A stretch of DNA of 59,307 nt. It comes from Bryobacterales bacterium (GTDB lineage: Bacteria > Acidobacteriota > Terriglobia > Bryobacterales > UBA6623). The DNA lies in NCBI GenBank assembly GCA_040902925.1, contig JBBDWJ010000365.1:1-59307 (forward strand). The letters run 5' to 3'. Numbering within the stretch: the first letter of the stretch is position 1; each line of letters starts with the position of its first letter. Both the position numbers and the translations under genes were made by a program. The notes below the pieces were generated by a model. The model did no database searches. It saw only the letters and a program-made list of their open reading frames with translations, and was not told where the DNA came from. This document shows positions 49,401 to 58,071 of this stretch, one piece after another.

Positions 49401-50071
49401 GCCGGGGCATCCGTGAAGTCGGCGCCAGCTTTGGGCCGGATGGCCAGCAGATCGTCTATTCGTCGACCGTGGGCGGGTCTTACCAGCTTTGGCGCATGCC
49501 TTCGCTCAGCACCGTTGCGCTGCAGTTGACTCGCACGCAGCAGCCGGATCGCGATACGCAAACCGCCTGGTCGCCGGATGGCGCGAAGGTTGCCTTCTAC
49601 TCGAACCGCGGCGGTTCATGGGACATCTGGACGATATCTCCGAGCGGCGGCGCACCGCAGCAGCTCACCAATTGGGAGAGCAACGAGGTTTACCCCGCTT
49701 GGTCGCCGGACTCGACGCAGCTTGCCTTCCTCACCAACCGCGACGGCAACCCCGACCTCTGGGTCCTCGACATGCGCACGAACGAGCCGCGGCCCTATGT
49801 TCAACACCCCGCCGAGGAGGGTCCCGGGGCATGGTCTCCCGACGGCCGCTGGTTCTACTTCAGCTCCAATCGCAGCGGTGAGTTCAACATCTGGAAAATG
49901 CCGGCGGCGGGGGGTGAGCCGCAACAGGTAACCACCTTCGAGGGCAGCGACGTAAATCTGCCGGAAACCGCTCTGTTTACAAAATTCGCAATTACCGCTA
50001 CGCGCCTGATCGTTCCGTTGGAGACCCGTGAAGCGGGCGTCTATGTGCTGGAGACCTTCGCGAAACAGTAG
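46496..50071 (+). CDS. Membrane Ser/Thr protein kinase with two tandem Hanks-type kinase domains and an extracytoplasmic TolB-like PD40 beta-propeller
   Basis: Start at MIGRTLSGYEI. KD1: LGEGSMGVVYKA, VALKV, HRDIKTDNVML, DFGVAK, YMSPEQ. KD2 (from ~47407): IGEGGMGVVYRA, VALKV, HRDIKPANVMI, DFGLAK, YMSPEQ. TM ALGFLAGALLIALVAWLW (~48319-48375). Then at least 8 PD40-like repeats (PAWSPDG, PAWAPDG, TAWSPDG, LAWSADG, PAVSPDG, ...). Confidence 0.9.
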   Translation: MIGRTLSGYEIIEQLGEGSMGVVYKARDLQLDRLVALKVLHRRLASSTEFVARFEREAKAISALNHPNIATIYGVGQAEGLRFLILEYLPGGTLRAKIEGRADGGKLPVLEVVDSALQIAEGLGHAHRRGVVHRDIKTDNVMLSEEGVLKVTDFGVAKIDMDLGLTEEGSLVGTMAYMSPEQVQGMQVDFRSDIYSFGVVVYELATGQLPFPNFHSAALIYDIVNSPPPPIAQFRHDIPASLERILGACLRKEPEQRPASMADLAGALEALWNELRTATTTSRHDLARAAGEPGELAAGRTLGHYRLENKIGEGGMGVVYRARDTRLDRAVALKVLSAQAVANTQRKKRFVQEAKAASALNHPNIVTIHDISESGGFNYIAMEYIAGKTLDRTITGGGLPLAESLRYAVQIADALTMAHGSGIVHRDIKPANVMITPDGLVKLLDFGLAKLTELAGNLSASDAAEGSAQPPHTEEGVILGTVAYMSPEQAEGKPVDARSDIFSFGSLLYEMVTGRRAFQGESKISVLAAILHHDPPSVREIAGGVPAEVERIILRCLRKDPNRRGQHMADIKVALQEVLDEWNSTRTSVVSRSGLPPVVESRPGWRGPALGFLAGALLIALVAWLWRPQNDSGRGAAGILSPDAAELMLTRMTGSDTLGVSPAWSPDGVWICYASGRAGNLDLWKRPLLGGDEVQLTSTPQAETQPAWAPDGRAIAFSVRGRDGGIFLIPAEGGQPVRVSEFGANPAWSPDGQTLAFDWNGGVYLVPYTGGEPRLLTAGTSATPHTAWSPDGSRVVFWNRTQGDLLALDIGGGEATPLGLIPAGEEVAGLAWSADGRWLVFSRGSFGGNKDLWRVEVDPGSGKPLGQPVRLTLSSTDDVQCRISADGLKIAYTAQQVERHLWSFSLNPETGLVRGEPERITMVGERNYYPAVSPDGQSLLWTSQNAGQGMIYHKRLGEAEERKLTGERGRGIREVGASFGPDGQQIVYSSTVGGSYQLWRMPSLSTVALQLTRTQQPDRDTQTAWSPDGAKVAFYSNRGGSWDIWTISPSGGAPQQLTNWESNEVYPAWSPDSTQLAFLTNRDGNPDLWVLDMRTNEPRPYVQHPAEEGPGAWSPDGRWFYFSSNRSGEFNIWKMPAAGGEPQQVTTFEGSDVNLPETALFTKFAITATRLIVPLETREAGVYVLETFAKQ

Positions 50072-50077
50072 CCTGGC

Positions 50078-50905
50078 TCAAAGCTTGTAGGCCTCCACCG
50101 CGGTCTCTCCAAGGATTCTTTGCTGCTCGGCTTGGGTAAGCTCAGCAATTCGCTTCTTCACGACTTCGACCCAACGCCCATAGGGGCACGCCACCAGGCA
50201 CACGGGCCAGTCTGAACCGAACATCACACGCTTGGGTCCGAAGGCCGAGATCACCGTGTCGATGTAGGGGCCCAGCTCTTGTTCAGTCCAGTTCTGGTAA
50301 TCCGCCTCGGTGACCATTCCCGAAAGCTTGCAGTAGACGTTGGGGCGATGCGCCAATTGGACGATGTTGGTCTGCCATGGCGACAGATAACCGTCTTTGA
50401 TGCGCGGCTTGGCGATGTGGTCGAGCACGAATACCTGATCGGGATGCCGGTCGACGAACTGCAGCGTTTGGGGAAGGTGGCGCTCGAAGATCAGGATGTC
50501 GTAGACCAGCCCGAGATCCTTCAACAGCGCAATGCCGCGGTTGAAATCAGCGCGCAGCATGTAGCGGTCATCCGCCTCGCCTTGCAGCACGTGGCGCACC
50601 GCTTTCGCCTTGGGCTGGGCCGCAAATTCCTCCAACACGCCTTGGACGCCGCCATCGATGAGCGGGACCCAGCCGACCACTCCCTTGATGAAATCGTGCT
50701 GCCGCGCGAAATCGAGCAGAAAGCGGTTCTCTTCGAGTGTTTGCCGCGCCTGCACCGAAACGACGCCGTCGATTCCAGCCGCCCGTATTTCCTTCTCGAG
50801 ATCAGCGGGCAGAAAATCGCGGCGGATGACCTTCATCGCGTCGTCGATCCAGCCGTATTCCGCGGTGCCGTACTTCCAAAAGTGATGGTGCGAGTCGATG
50901 GTCAT
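50078..50905 (-). CDS. Amidohydrolase-2 family protein (sugar lactonase-like)
   Basis: 275 aa. [12 protein letters not shown] opening, [15 protein letters not shown]. Confidence 0.85.
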   Translation of the reverse strand: MTIDSHHHFWKYGTAEYGWIDDAMKVIRRDFLPADLEKEIRAAGIDGVVSVQARQTLEENRFLLDFARQHDFIKGVVGWVPLIDGGVQGVLEEFAAQPKAKAVRHVLQGEADDRYMLRADFNRGIALLKDLGLVYDILIFERHLPQTLQFVDRHPDQVFVLDHIAKPRIKDGYLSPWQTNIVQLAHRPNVYCKLSGMVTEADYQNWTEQELGPYIDTVISAFGPKRVMFGSDWPVCLVACPYGRWVEVVKKRIAELTQAEQQRILGETAVEAYKL

Positions 50906-50965
50906 GTCAGGTCCAGTGTAGCTGGGCGTCGATTCGAAGAGTGACCGTAGCCAGAACGCAGAATA

Positions 50966-51898
50966 TCAGCCGGAGTTCTCCGGCCGCCCGGTCGCCCAAA
51001 CCTTGTTCTTTACCGCCTCGGTCAGCGTCTGGATTTTCCGCAGCAGCCCCGGCGGGATCGCGGTTTCCATGGCGAGCAAATTCTGTTCGACTTGGCGCTG
51101 CGTCGACATGCCGATCAAGGTGCTCGCCGCGTAGGGGTAGTCGAGGCAGAAACGCAGGGCGACGTCCGCAATCCGCGCGCCGCTTTCCCGGCAGACCGCC
51201 GCCACCCTACGGCCGGCTTCCTTCACTTCCGCCGAGGCCGGGTGCCATTCGGGAGCGCCTTCGTCGGTGAGGATTCGCAGGTGCAGCGGTGAGGCGTTGA
51301 TCAATCCGACGTCTTGCTGCTGGCAGAAGGGCCGCAGAATCTCGTCCAGGTCGTTGACCAGCAGGTTGTAGCGCGCGTACGAGAGGATCGCATCGACCGG
51401 CGCTTGCGACGCCACGTCCCGCAGCATTTTCGGTGGAAAGCCCGTGATCCCCACGTAACGCGCCTTGCCGCTGCGCTGTACCTCGCGCACGGCGGGGATC
51501 GTCTCCTCGACAATCTGCCGGCGGTCGCCAAATTCGATGTCGTGAATGTGCAGCAGGTCGACGTAGCCGGTCTTCAGACGGCGTAGCGATGCGTCGACGT
51601 CCGATTTCACGCGCCCGGCGGAGAAGTCGAAACCATCGACGTCATAGCGGCAGCACTTCGTTGCCAGGATGACCTTGTCGCGGCGTCCTTCGAGCGCCTT
51701 GCCGAGCCTTTCCTCAGCGAGCGTGCGGCCGTAGTAAGGCGCGACATCGAAAAAAGTAATGCCGTGGTCCACGGCGAAGTGAACGGCGCGCTCGCCTTCG
51801 GCAACGTCGATTTCACCGAACTCGTTGCCTAGAGGCGAAGCGCCGAAGCCGAGCACCGAAATTTCGAGGTCCGTCTTGCCGAGCTTGCGGTATTCCAT
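50966..51898 (-). CDS. Aldo/keto reductase
   Basis: Start at MEYRKLGKTDLEISVLGFGASPLG. FFDVAPYYG, ILATK, DLLHIHD. Confidence 0.9.
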   Translation of the reverse strand: MEYRKLGKTDLEISVLGFGASPLGNEFGEIDVAEGERAVHFAVDHGITFFDVAPYYGRTLAEERLGKALEGRRDKVILATKCCRYDVDGFDFSAGRVKSDVDASLRRLKTGYVDLLHIHDIEFGDRRQIVEETIPAVREVQRSGKARYVGITGFPPKMLRDVASQAPVDAILSYARYNLLVNDLDEILRPFCQQQDVGLINASPLHLRILTDEGAPEWHPASAEVKEAGRRVAAVCRESGARIADVALRFCLDYPYAASTLIGMSTQRQVEQNLLAMETAIPPGLLRKIQTLTEAVKNKVWATGRPENSG

Positions 51899-51923
51899 GC
51901 GCGTTTCCACGATAGCGAGGAAT

Positions 51924-52715
51924 CTACGTGGTTCGCGACTCAGCGCGCCGCTCAAACACAATCTGGCGCAGCGTCCAGACGATCTCCGACTCGCTGCCTG
52001 CCCCGCCCGCGAGGCTATCGAGCTCCGCCCCTAGCTTGCCGATCGAATCGTCGCCGTAAGTCTCGCGGATGAATGGCCTGTCTTTCCAATTCGGCACATT
52101 CATGGAGAACATCGTCGCGGCGTCCCGGTTCGATACCGGCAAACGGCGCGTGCGGCTGTGCAGCCGCCGCAGTAATGGTCCCTCGCCGAGTTTGTCGAGT
52201 ACCGGCCCCACATAGAGTTCCGTCTTCTGGCTCCTCAACATCGAATCCACGATGCTCAGATAGCGGGCGAAAGCGGGGTGAGTCGTGTCGATGGCTTCGA
52301 CTTCTTCGACTACCAGCAACCCACCTGTGGCGAGCTGTGTCGCCCAGCTATCCAGACAAAGGCGCGGATCGGGCAGGTGCGAGAGCAGGTAGCGGCAAAA
52401 GATCAGCTCCGACGGCCCCTCGGGAAATGGGGTCACCAGCACGTCATGGCGGTGGAACCGCAAGCGAGCGTCGGACTGCTCGCGGGCCATCCCGAGAAAC
52501 CGCTCGGAAGTATCCAACCCGGCGACATGGTCGCAGCCCAAGACTTCGGCAAGCAGCCGCGTCGTGAACCCCGGACCACAGCCCAGATCAACCGCCATTC
52601 GCGTCCGTGACGGACGAACCCGTTGCAACAGCTCGCGCGTTGTGGTTTCGAAGACGCGGGCAACGACTTCGAGGCGGCGCGCGGCGAGGTCCTGATCACC
52701 AAACTGGTATTGCAT
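51924..52715 (-). CDS. Class I SAM-dependent methyltransferase
   Basis: 263 aa. SAM motif AVDLGCGPGFTTRLLA and acidic loop VAGLDTSERFL. Confidence 0.75.
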   Translation of the reverse strand: MQYQFGDQDLAARRLEVVARVFETTTRELLQRVRPSRTRMAVDLGCGPGFTTRLLAEVLGCDHVAGLDTSERFLGMAREQSDARLRFHRHDVLVTPFPEGPSELIFCRYLLSHLPDPRLCLDSWATQLATGGLLVVEEVEAIDTTHPAFARYLSIVDSMLRSQKTELYVGPVLDKLGEGPLLRRLHSRTRRLPVSNRDAATMFSMNVPNWKDRPFIRETYGDDSIGKLGAELDSLAGGAGSESEIVWTLRQIVFERRAESRTT

Positions 52716-52825
52716 GGGAAACGCGATGAATGGGTTGCTGGGCGCCCTTAACTACATCTGAAACACAGACAATATGTCGCTGTCCGCAGCCCTGGTATCC
52801 ACAAACGACGGGCTGCGGCGCGACG

Positions 52826-54385
52826 CTACAACGGCCGGCTGTGCCCCTGCTGCTTGTATTTTTCCAGGAGATCTTTGAGCCGCGCCACAACCTCGGGGTG
52901 CTCGTTGTAGAGATTGTTTTGCTCGCCGACGTCCTGCGTCATGTCGTAGAGCTGCCCGGGCGGATCATCCGGCGCGGGTTGCCAGGCGCCGTAATTTCCG
53001 GAGCCAGGCCCTTGGCCGTCGATGAACTTCCACGGTCCCTGACGGATCAGGAACATGCCGTCGGCCGAATGCAAGATCGTAGCCTCGCGCAGCGGCCCTT
53101 CGAGATCCCGGCCGAGCAGTACCGGCAGAATGCTGTAACTGTCTTCGGCGGCATCGCTCGGCAGCGTCTTCGCGACGATGGCCGCGGCGGTGGCGGTCAG
53201 GTCGGTTAAGCAGACCGTTTCGTCAGCAACGACACCCGGCCGCACCTTTGAGGGCCAGCGCGCAATGAAGGGAACCCTGTGCCCGCCTTCCCAGGTGTCG
53301 CGCTTTCGCCCGCGCAGCATCTCGTGGTTCGAGTAGTGGCCGAACTGCTCGATGTGCTCAGGTTTCCAATCCGACCCGTTATCGCTAGTAACGATGAGGA
53401 GCGTGTTTTCGGCGAGGTGGTGGCGGTCGAGAGCGTCCATTATCCTGCCGATCATCTGATCCACAAGCACCGTGAAATCGCCATACTTGCCGGCGCCGCT
53501 TTTGCCTTCCACGTCCGGAGTCGGCATCCACGGCGTGTGCGGCGCGGGTAGCGCGAAATAGAGGAAGAACGGCTGCCCGGAAGAGGCGGCCGCGTGGTCG
53601 TCGATAAATCCGACGGCTTTACCGGTCAAGTGCGGCAGCACGTCGAGGAAATCGAAGCTCGGCGATTTCTCGCCCTCCCGCCAAAAAACGCCGCCATCGC
53701 GAATGCCTTCGGTGCGAGCATCGGCTAACTCCGTGGTGCGGTCGTTTTCGAGATAGACATAAGGGGCCATGTCGAGCGACGCGGGAATACCGTAGAAGTA
53801 ATCGAACCCGAGCGTTGCGGGACCGTTCCCAACCGGCTGGCTGTAATCGACCTCCAGGCCTTCGGGCTTGGCGAAGCTCGCAGATTCCAGCATCGGGTTG
53901 TACTGCGGCTTCTGCTTGGTGGCCCAGTCCACGCCTAAGTGCCATTTACCCACGCCCGCGGTGCGGTATCCGTTGCGCTGAAGCAGCGACGCAACGGTCA
54001 TGCGGCCGGGCTCGATCAGGCTCGGCGAATACCCGGAAAGAACGCCGCTCTTGAGGCGGCTGCGCCAGGCGTAGCGGCCGGTGAGAACGCCGTAACGCGT
54101 CGGGGTACAGACCGCCGAAGGCGAATGCGCGTCGGTGAAGCGCATGCCCTGGGACGCCAGCCGGTCCATGTTGGGCGTCGGAATCTTCGATTCGCTGTTG
54201 TAGCACTGCGGGTCGCCGTAGCCCATGTCGTCGGCCATCAGGAAGATGATGTTGGGCCGCGAGTCTTCGCCCGACTCGCCAGGCCCGCCGCTGCAACCCG
54301 CGAACGCCAACCCGGCCGCGCCGAGCCCGATCGCGCAAAGAAAGTTTCGCCGGTCGCAATTGCCGCTCATCAATAAACCTCGCAA
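52826..54385 (-). CDS. Arylsulfatase-family (formylglycine-dependent) sulfatase, exported or lipoprotein
   Basis: N-terminus RRNFLCAIGLGAAGLAFAGC, IIFLMADDMGYGD, sulfatase signature CTPTRYGVLTGRY. An alternative start is at 54370. Confidence 0.9.
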   Translation of the reverse strand: MRGLLMSGNCDRRNFLCAIGLGAAGLAFAGCSGGPGESGEDSRPNIIFLMADDMGYGDPQCYNSESKIPTPNMDRLASQGMRFTDAHSPSAVCTPTRYGVLTGRYAWRSRLKSGVLSGYSPSLIEPGRMTVASLLQRNGYRTAGVGKWHLGVDWATKQKPQYNPMLESASFAKPEGLEVDYSQPVGNGPATLGFDYFYGIPASLDMAPYVYLENDRTTELADARTEGIRDGGVFWREGEKSPSFDFLDVLPHLTGKAVGFIDDHAAASSGQPFFLYFALPAPHTPWMPTPDVEGKSGAGKYGDFTVLVDQMIGRIMDALDRHHLAENTLLIVTSDNGSDWKPEHIEQFGHYSNHEMLRGRKRDTWEGGHRVPFIARWPSKVRPGVVADETVCLTDLTATAAAIVAKTLPSDAAEDSYSILPVLLGRDLEGPLREATILHSADGMFLIRQGPWKFIDGQGPGSGNYGAWQPAPDDPPGQLYDMTQDVGEQNNLYNEHPEVVARLKDLLEKYKQQGHSRPL

Positions 54386-55267
54386 ACCTCGTGCATCGTC
54401 GGACTCTCAGGCCGCAATTGTAACAGCCGGTTGCGGGCCCCCCGGAGCTCTACTTTTGACTGCGGCCTATGAAGGGCGGGTGGACAACCGATTGTCGTGC
54501 GGGTGAGCGCGGCAGCGGCGGCACAGTAAGGGCTTGGCGGCAGAAACGGTTTGGCGCCACGACTTGCCTTGGCGGCGTCAGTGACGGCTTGGCGCTGTGA
54601 CAGGTTGGCTACGCTGTGACGGGTGCGGCGCATTCGCCGGTGGAACTTTCAGTTGAGGAACGTCTTAGTCGTCTTAGCGGAGCCGGATGTGCCGTTTGGT
54701 GATCGCGAGATAGTGCGGGCGGGAAAGGTAGAAGTAACTTGCGCGCGCAGACGGGACCTAGCCGGAAACACTGAGGGCGGCCACTCACTTCTTCGATTGA
54801 CTCCCGGCTCGTTCCGACTTTGGGATTTTGCATCCCGTTGCTGGTCGATAATACCCAACTAATTCTCGTGAATCAAAGTCAGTTTTCCACCCGATTGCGA
54901 CGGATAAGTCGCGGACTCAAAAACCTTCTTCGGTCCAGTAGGTGGCGTCAATCGGTTCGTTCGTGGCCGCCCTGTAAACTAGGCAGCTTCAGCAAAGGCC
55001 CTCCTTTTGTTAGGTTGCCCGTAACCTTCTTCTTTCGAAGAGGTTAGAGGCCAACAACCAGGTCCATACCGGCTGTCTCTATCCCTAGTAAACACCCATT
55101 CGATTCGCTTGTCAAGATACATTCCGGACCCTCAAACAGCCGGCTGTGAGAAACGGCTCAACGCCTATAACGGGAAGGGATTAGAGAACGCTCAGAAGCA
55201 AAAAGCGGTCGAAATAACATCCGGCTTTGCGGCCACAAAACCAGGCGCCATGAAGCATGTCGTCGGC

Positions 55268-55308
55268 GCGGGCCACGCTCTGACCGCGGGCCACGCTCTG
55301 ACCGCGGG
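55268..55308. repeat. 18-bp tandem repeat (about 2.3 copies of gcgggccacgctctgacc)
   Basis: Units at 55268-55285 and 55286-55303 are identical, followed by 5 further matching bases. The repeat lies directly 3' of the Memo-like gene's stop (55320-55322). Confidence 0.8.
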
Positions 55309-55319
55309 GCACTGGCTGT

Positions 55320-56543
55320 CTAATCCGCGTGGCGGAACTCGACGCCGGCGAAGCTGACGACCGACTGCTGATCGATGTTCCATTGCTCGTAGAGCAGCAC
55401 TTCCCCCCGCACGTTTTCAGCGGCGCGAAGAAAAGTGTAGATCGGCGAGTAGCCGCACCAGCGCAGGTCGTCGTGTTTGGGGTGAACAAGCTCGAAAAAG
55501 CCCTCCGCGTCGCCTTCGCAGATGCGATCGAGGCGCGCTTCGTCCCGCGTGCGCACCTCCGCGAGCGGACCCTGTTCCGCCGTGGCCGTAAAGGCGTCGC
55601 CGTAGCGGCGGCCGATGTGCGCCATGTCGACACCAAGCACCCAAACGAGCTTGTCGCCGAGCTTGGACGCCATTTCGCCCAGCGCGTCGAGGAACCGCCG
55701 CACGCTCTCGTTGCGCTCCGGAGGCTTCCCCGTTAGCAAGCTCTCGACCAGCGGGCCGCACAGGATTGGCACGGCTTTCAGGTCCGGCTTGCCGAGCGCG
55801 TGTTGGAGAAAAATGCACTGAAACTCGATGGAGTGCTCGGTGGCATGACAATAGTCCTCCATCACGACCGCATCAGGCGCGGCGGATGCCAACCCGTCAA
55901 CGAGCGCGCGGTCGGTCTGGACGGCACCAAAGGGGGTCAGATACGGCTTGCGCGTTAGGCCGAACTTCTCTGGCTGCCCGTAGTGCGACGTGCCCAGAAT
56001 CACGAAAGTGTGGTCGGCATAGCTGGGGTTGAGGCGCCGGTAGGCAGCGGCGTAGCTACGAAAACCGCCTTCCGGGCTGACGTGCGGCGCGGCCAGGGCC
56101 ACCAGCGAGTCCAGCGATGCCGACTCCGGGTCGGCGCCGTACTGACTGAGCCTGACCCGCAACGGTTCGGCCTCGGCGGGATAGCCGCTCTCGGCGTGAG
56201 CAGGCTGCCGCGCTTCGGCGTCCGCGAATTCGTGCTGCTTGCGGTCGCGCATCTCGAAGAAGCGCTCCGATTCCAGAAACCCGTTCTGATCGAGCGCATT
56301 CATCAGGTTGCGGGCAATCTCGGAAGTCTGCAGGTCCCCAGTCAGCTGCGTCAGGCGGGCGCGAAGGTCCAGTTCCGTGTGCTGGCCATCGAACAGCATC
56401 AACATCTGCGCTAGTAGCGGAGGAATGATCGCTACCGCATCGCTGTACTGAAACGGATCGCGGATCAACAGCCCCGGCCGATCGGGCACCGGCGAGGGCA
56501 TGATGTCGAGTTCGCGCCGCAGTCGATATAGGGTCTGGGCCAT
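55320..56543 (-). CDS. MEMO1-family protein (AmmeMemoRadiSam system protein B-like) with ~115-aa N-terminal extension
   Basis: Start at MAQTLYRL (ATG 56543). Memo core: AESGYPAEAEPL, LAAPHVSPEGG, FVILGTSHYG, HSIEFQCIFLQH, VPILCG, VDMAHIG. The N-terminal extension reads LDIMPSPVPDRPGLLIRDPF..LAQMLMLFDGQHTELDLRARLTQL..IARNLMNALDQNGFLE. Confidence 0.8.
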   Translation of the reverse strand: MAQTLYRLRRELDIMPSPVPDRPGLLIRDPFQYSDAVAIIPPLLAQMLMLFDGQHTELDLRARLTQLTGDLQTSEIARNLMNALDQNGFLESERFFEMRDRKQHEFADAEARQPAHAESGYPAEAEPLRVRLSQYGADPESASLDSLVALAAPHVSPEGGFRSYAAAYRRLNPSYADHTFVILGTSHYGQPEKFGLTRKPYLTPFGAVQTDRALVDGLASAAPDAVVMEDYCHATEHSIEFQCIFLQHALGKPDLKAVPILCGPLVESLLTGKPPERNESVRRFLDALGEMASKLGDKLVWVLGVDMAHIGRRYGDAFTATAEQGPLAEVRTRDEARLDRICEGDAEGFFELVHPKHDDLRWCGYSPIYTFLRAAENVRGEVLLYEQWNIDQQSVVSFAGVEFRHAD

Positions 56544-56734
56544 CGAAAATATCCTAGCGTGCCGGGTCCGGCAAAGGCCCCTTTTTGGCTGGCCCATTCA
56601 GGCCGGTAGCGTCCTATAATACAGTCAAGGCCCCTTCGGGAAGTTCCAAAACAGCGGGGCCCCTCTATTAGCACGCCTGGCCGCTCGCCAGGCCGCCAGA
56701 CAACGGTAACTTTTCCTTATGGGATTAACCCTCT

Positions 56735-57205
56735 ATGCCTCTTGAAATCACCCAGAAGCTTGCGGACGAGATCAAAGCTCTCGAACATGAACTCCACCAT
56801 GAACTCCCGAAAGAAATTCAGACCGCCCGTGAGTTAGGCGATCTAAGCGAGAATGCCGAATACTCGGCCGCCAAAGAACGGCAGGACTTGGTGGGAGCGC
56901 GTATTGCCCAGCTCAAGAGACGGCTGGCGGATTTGGCCATGGTGGATCTCACCAAGATCCGCAAGGACGCCATAGGGCTGGGATCGCGGGTCCTCGTCTA
57001 CGATGTGAACCAGGAGCGCGAAGTCGAGTATCACCTGGTAACAACTGAGGACTCCGATGTGCCTAACGGCAAGATTTCAACAACCTCTCCGATCGGCCGT
57101 TCCCTGATGGGGAAAAAACCGGGCGACGTCGCAACAGTCCGTTCGCCGGGCGGAGAGCGCGAGTTGGAAATCGTGAAGCTCACCACGATTCATGATCAGG
57201 CGTAG
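56735..57205 (+). CDS. greA: Transcription elongation factor GreA
   Basis: 156 aa. Coiled-coil N-terminus with ARELGDLSENAEYSAAKERQ. C-terminal FKBP-like domain (ISTTSPIGRSLMGKKPGD). Confidence 0.93.
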   Translation: MPLEITQKLADEIKALEHELHHELPKEIQTARELGDLSENAEYSAAKERQDLVGARIAQLKRRLADLAMVDLTKIRKDAIGLGSRVLVYDVNQEREVEYHLVTTEDSDVPNGKISTTSPIGRSLMGKKPGDVATVRSPGGERELEIVKLTTIHDQA

Positions 57206-57219
57206 GTAAGGTAGAAAGC

Positions 57220-57912
57220 ATGGGAATTACGCGGGCCATTGGAGCCGGCGCTGGTCATGTGCTCAGGGCCCTGGTGTGGGTCCTGACGCTGACTCGCGTT
57301 CACCCGAACGTGTTGACATCCATCGGCCTCGGCATCAATGCCGTGGCGGCGTGGATGCTCGCGCGGGGTGAGTTCCTTTACGCGGGACTGATTGTATTGT
57401 GCGGGGCGATCTTCGACCTCGTGGACGGCCCGGTGGCGCGCCAAAGCAATCGCGTCACGCGGTTCGGCGGTTTTTTGGATTCGGTGCTCGACCGCTACTC
57501 GGATCTGATTCTGCTGATGGGCTTGCTGGTCTACTACGCCAGCATCAACCGGTTCTTTTATATCGTCCTGACAGCGGTCGCGATGACCGGATCAGTGCTG
57601 GTGAGCTATACGCGTGCGCGTGCGGAAAATTGCATTCCCAAGTGCAAGGTCGGGTTTCTGGAACGGCCCGAGCGGATCGTGCTGATCATCATCGGGGCGC
57701 TTTCCAACCACATGGCTCCTGTGTTGTGGGTGCTGGCGGTGCTGTCCAACGTCACCGTGATCCACCGCATCATCTATACCTTCCGGGAAACCAGGGCCAT
57801 CGATCACCTTCCGATCGAGAGCGACGCCCCGGCGCCGAACGCCGAGCCCCCCAAAGCCAAGGGAGCTAACGCCGGCGGCGGAAAACTGCGGGAAGGCTTC
57901 GGCTCAGCCTGA
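57220..57912 (+). CDS. CDP-alcohol phosphatidyltransferase family protein
   Basis: Signature D-x2-DG-x2-AR-x8-G-x3-D-x3-D in FDLVDGPVARQSNRVTRFGGFLDSVLDRYSD. Multiple TM segments. Confidence 0.85.
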   Translation: MGITRAIGAGAGHVLRALVWVLTLTRVHPNVLTSIGLGINAVAAWMLARGEFLYAGLIVLCGAIFDLVDGPVARQSNRVTRFGGFLDSVLDRYSDLILLMGLLVYYASINRFFYIVLTAVAMTGSVLVSYTRARAENCIPKCKVGFLERPERIVLIIIGALSNHMAPVLWVLAVLSNVTVIHRIIYTFRETRAIDHLPIESDAPAPNAEPPKAKGANAGGGKLREGFGSA

Positions 57913-57918
57913 AGCGGC

Positions 57919-58071
57919 CTACGAAATGCACGTATCCGCAGCGAGTTTTTCGTAAGCACGGAGAAGTTTCCGACCAAATCGGTTGCGCGCGTCGAATCTC
58001 GTTGACACGAGTGCAGCTTTATCCTCGGGGCGAGTGCCGGCAAGTCGGCTCTCATCCGCCACGAAGTTCAT
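57919..58071 (-). CDS. 50-codon mini-ORF, possible decayed DUF5615-like (PIN-like toxin) partner of DUF433
   Basis: Not in the ORF track (under 60 aa). Its ATG overlaps the DUF433 stop (ATGA at 58068-58071). It translates to MNFVADESRLAGTRPEDKAALVSTRFDARNRFGRKLLRAYEKLAADTCIS. The MxF(L/V)ADE opening resembles DUF5615 proteins, which normally follow DUF433 but are about twice this length. Confidence 0.35.
   Translation of the reverse strand: MNFVADESRLAGTRPEDKAALVSTRFDARNRFGRKLLRAYEKLAADTCIS

Noticed and set aside
56615-56620. Perfect TATAAT hexamer 115 nt upstream of greA
   Set aside because: No reasonable -35 lies at 16-18 nt spacing. A single hexamer in a ~190-bp spacer is expected by chance.
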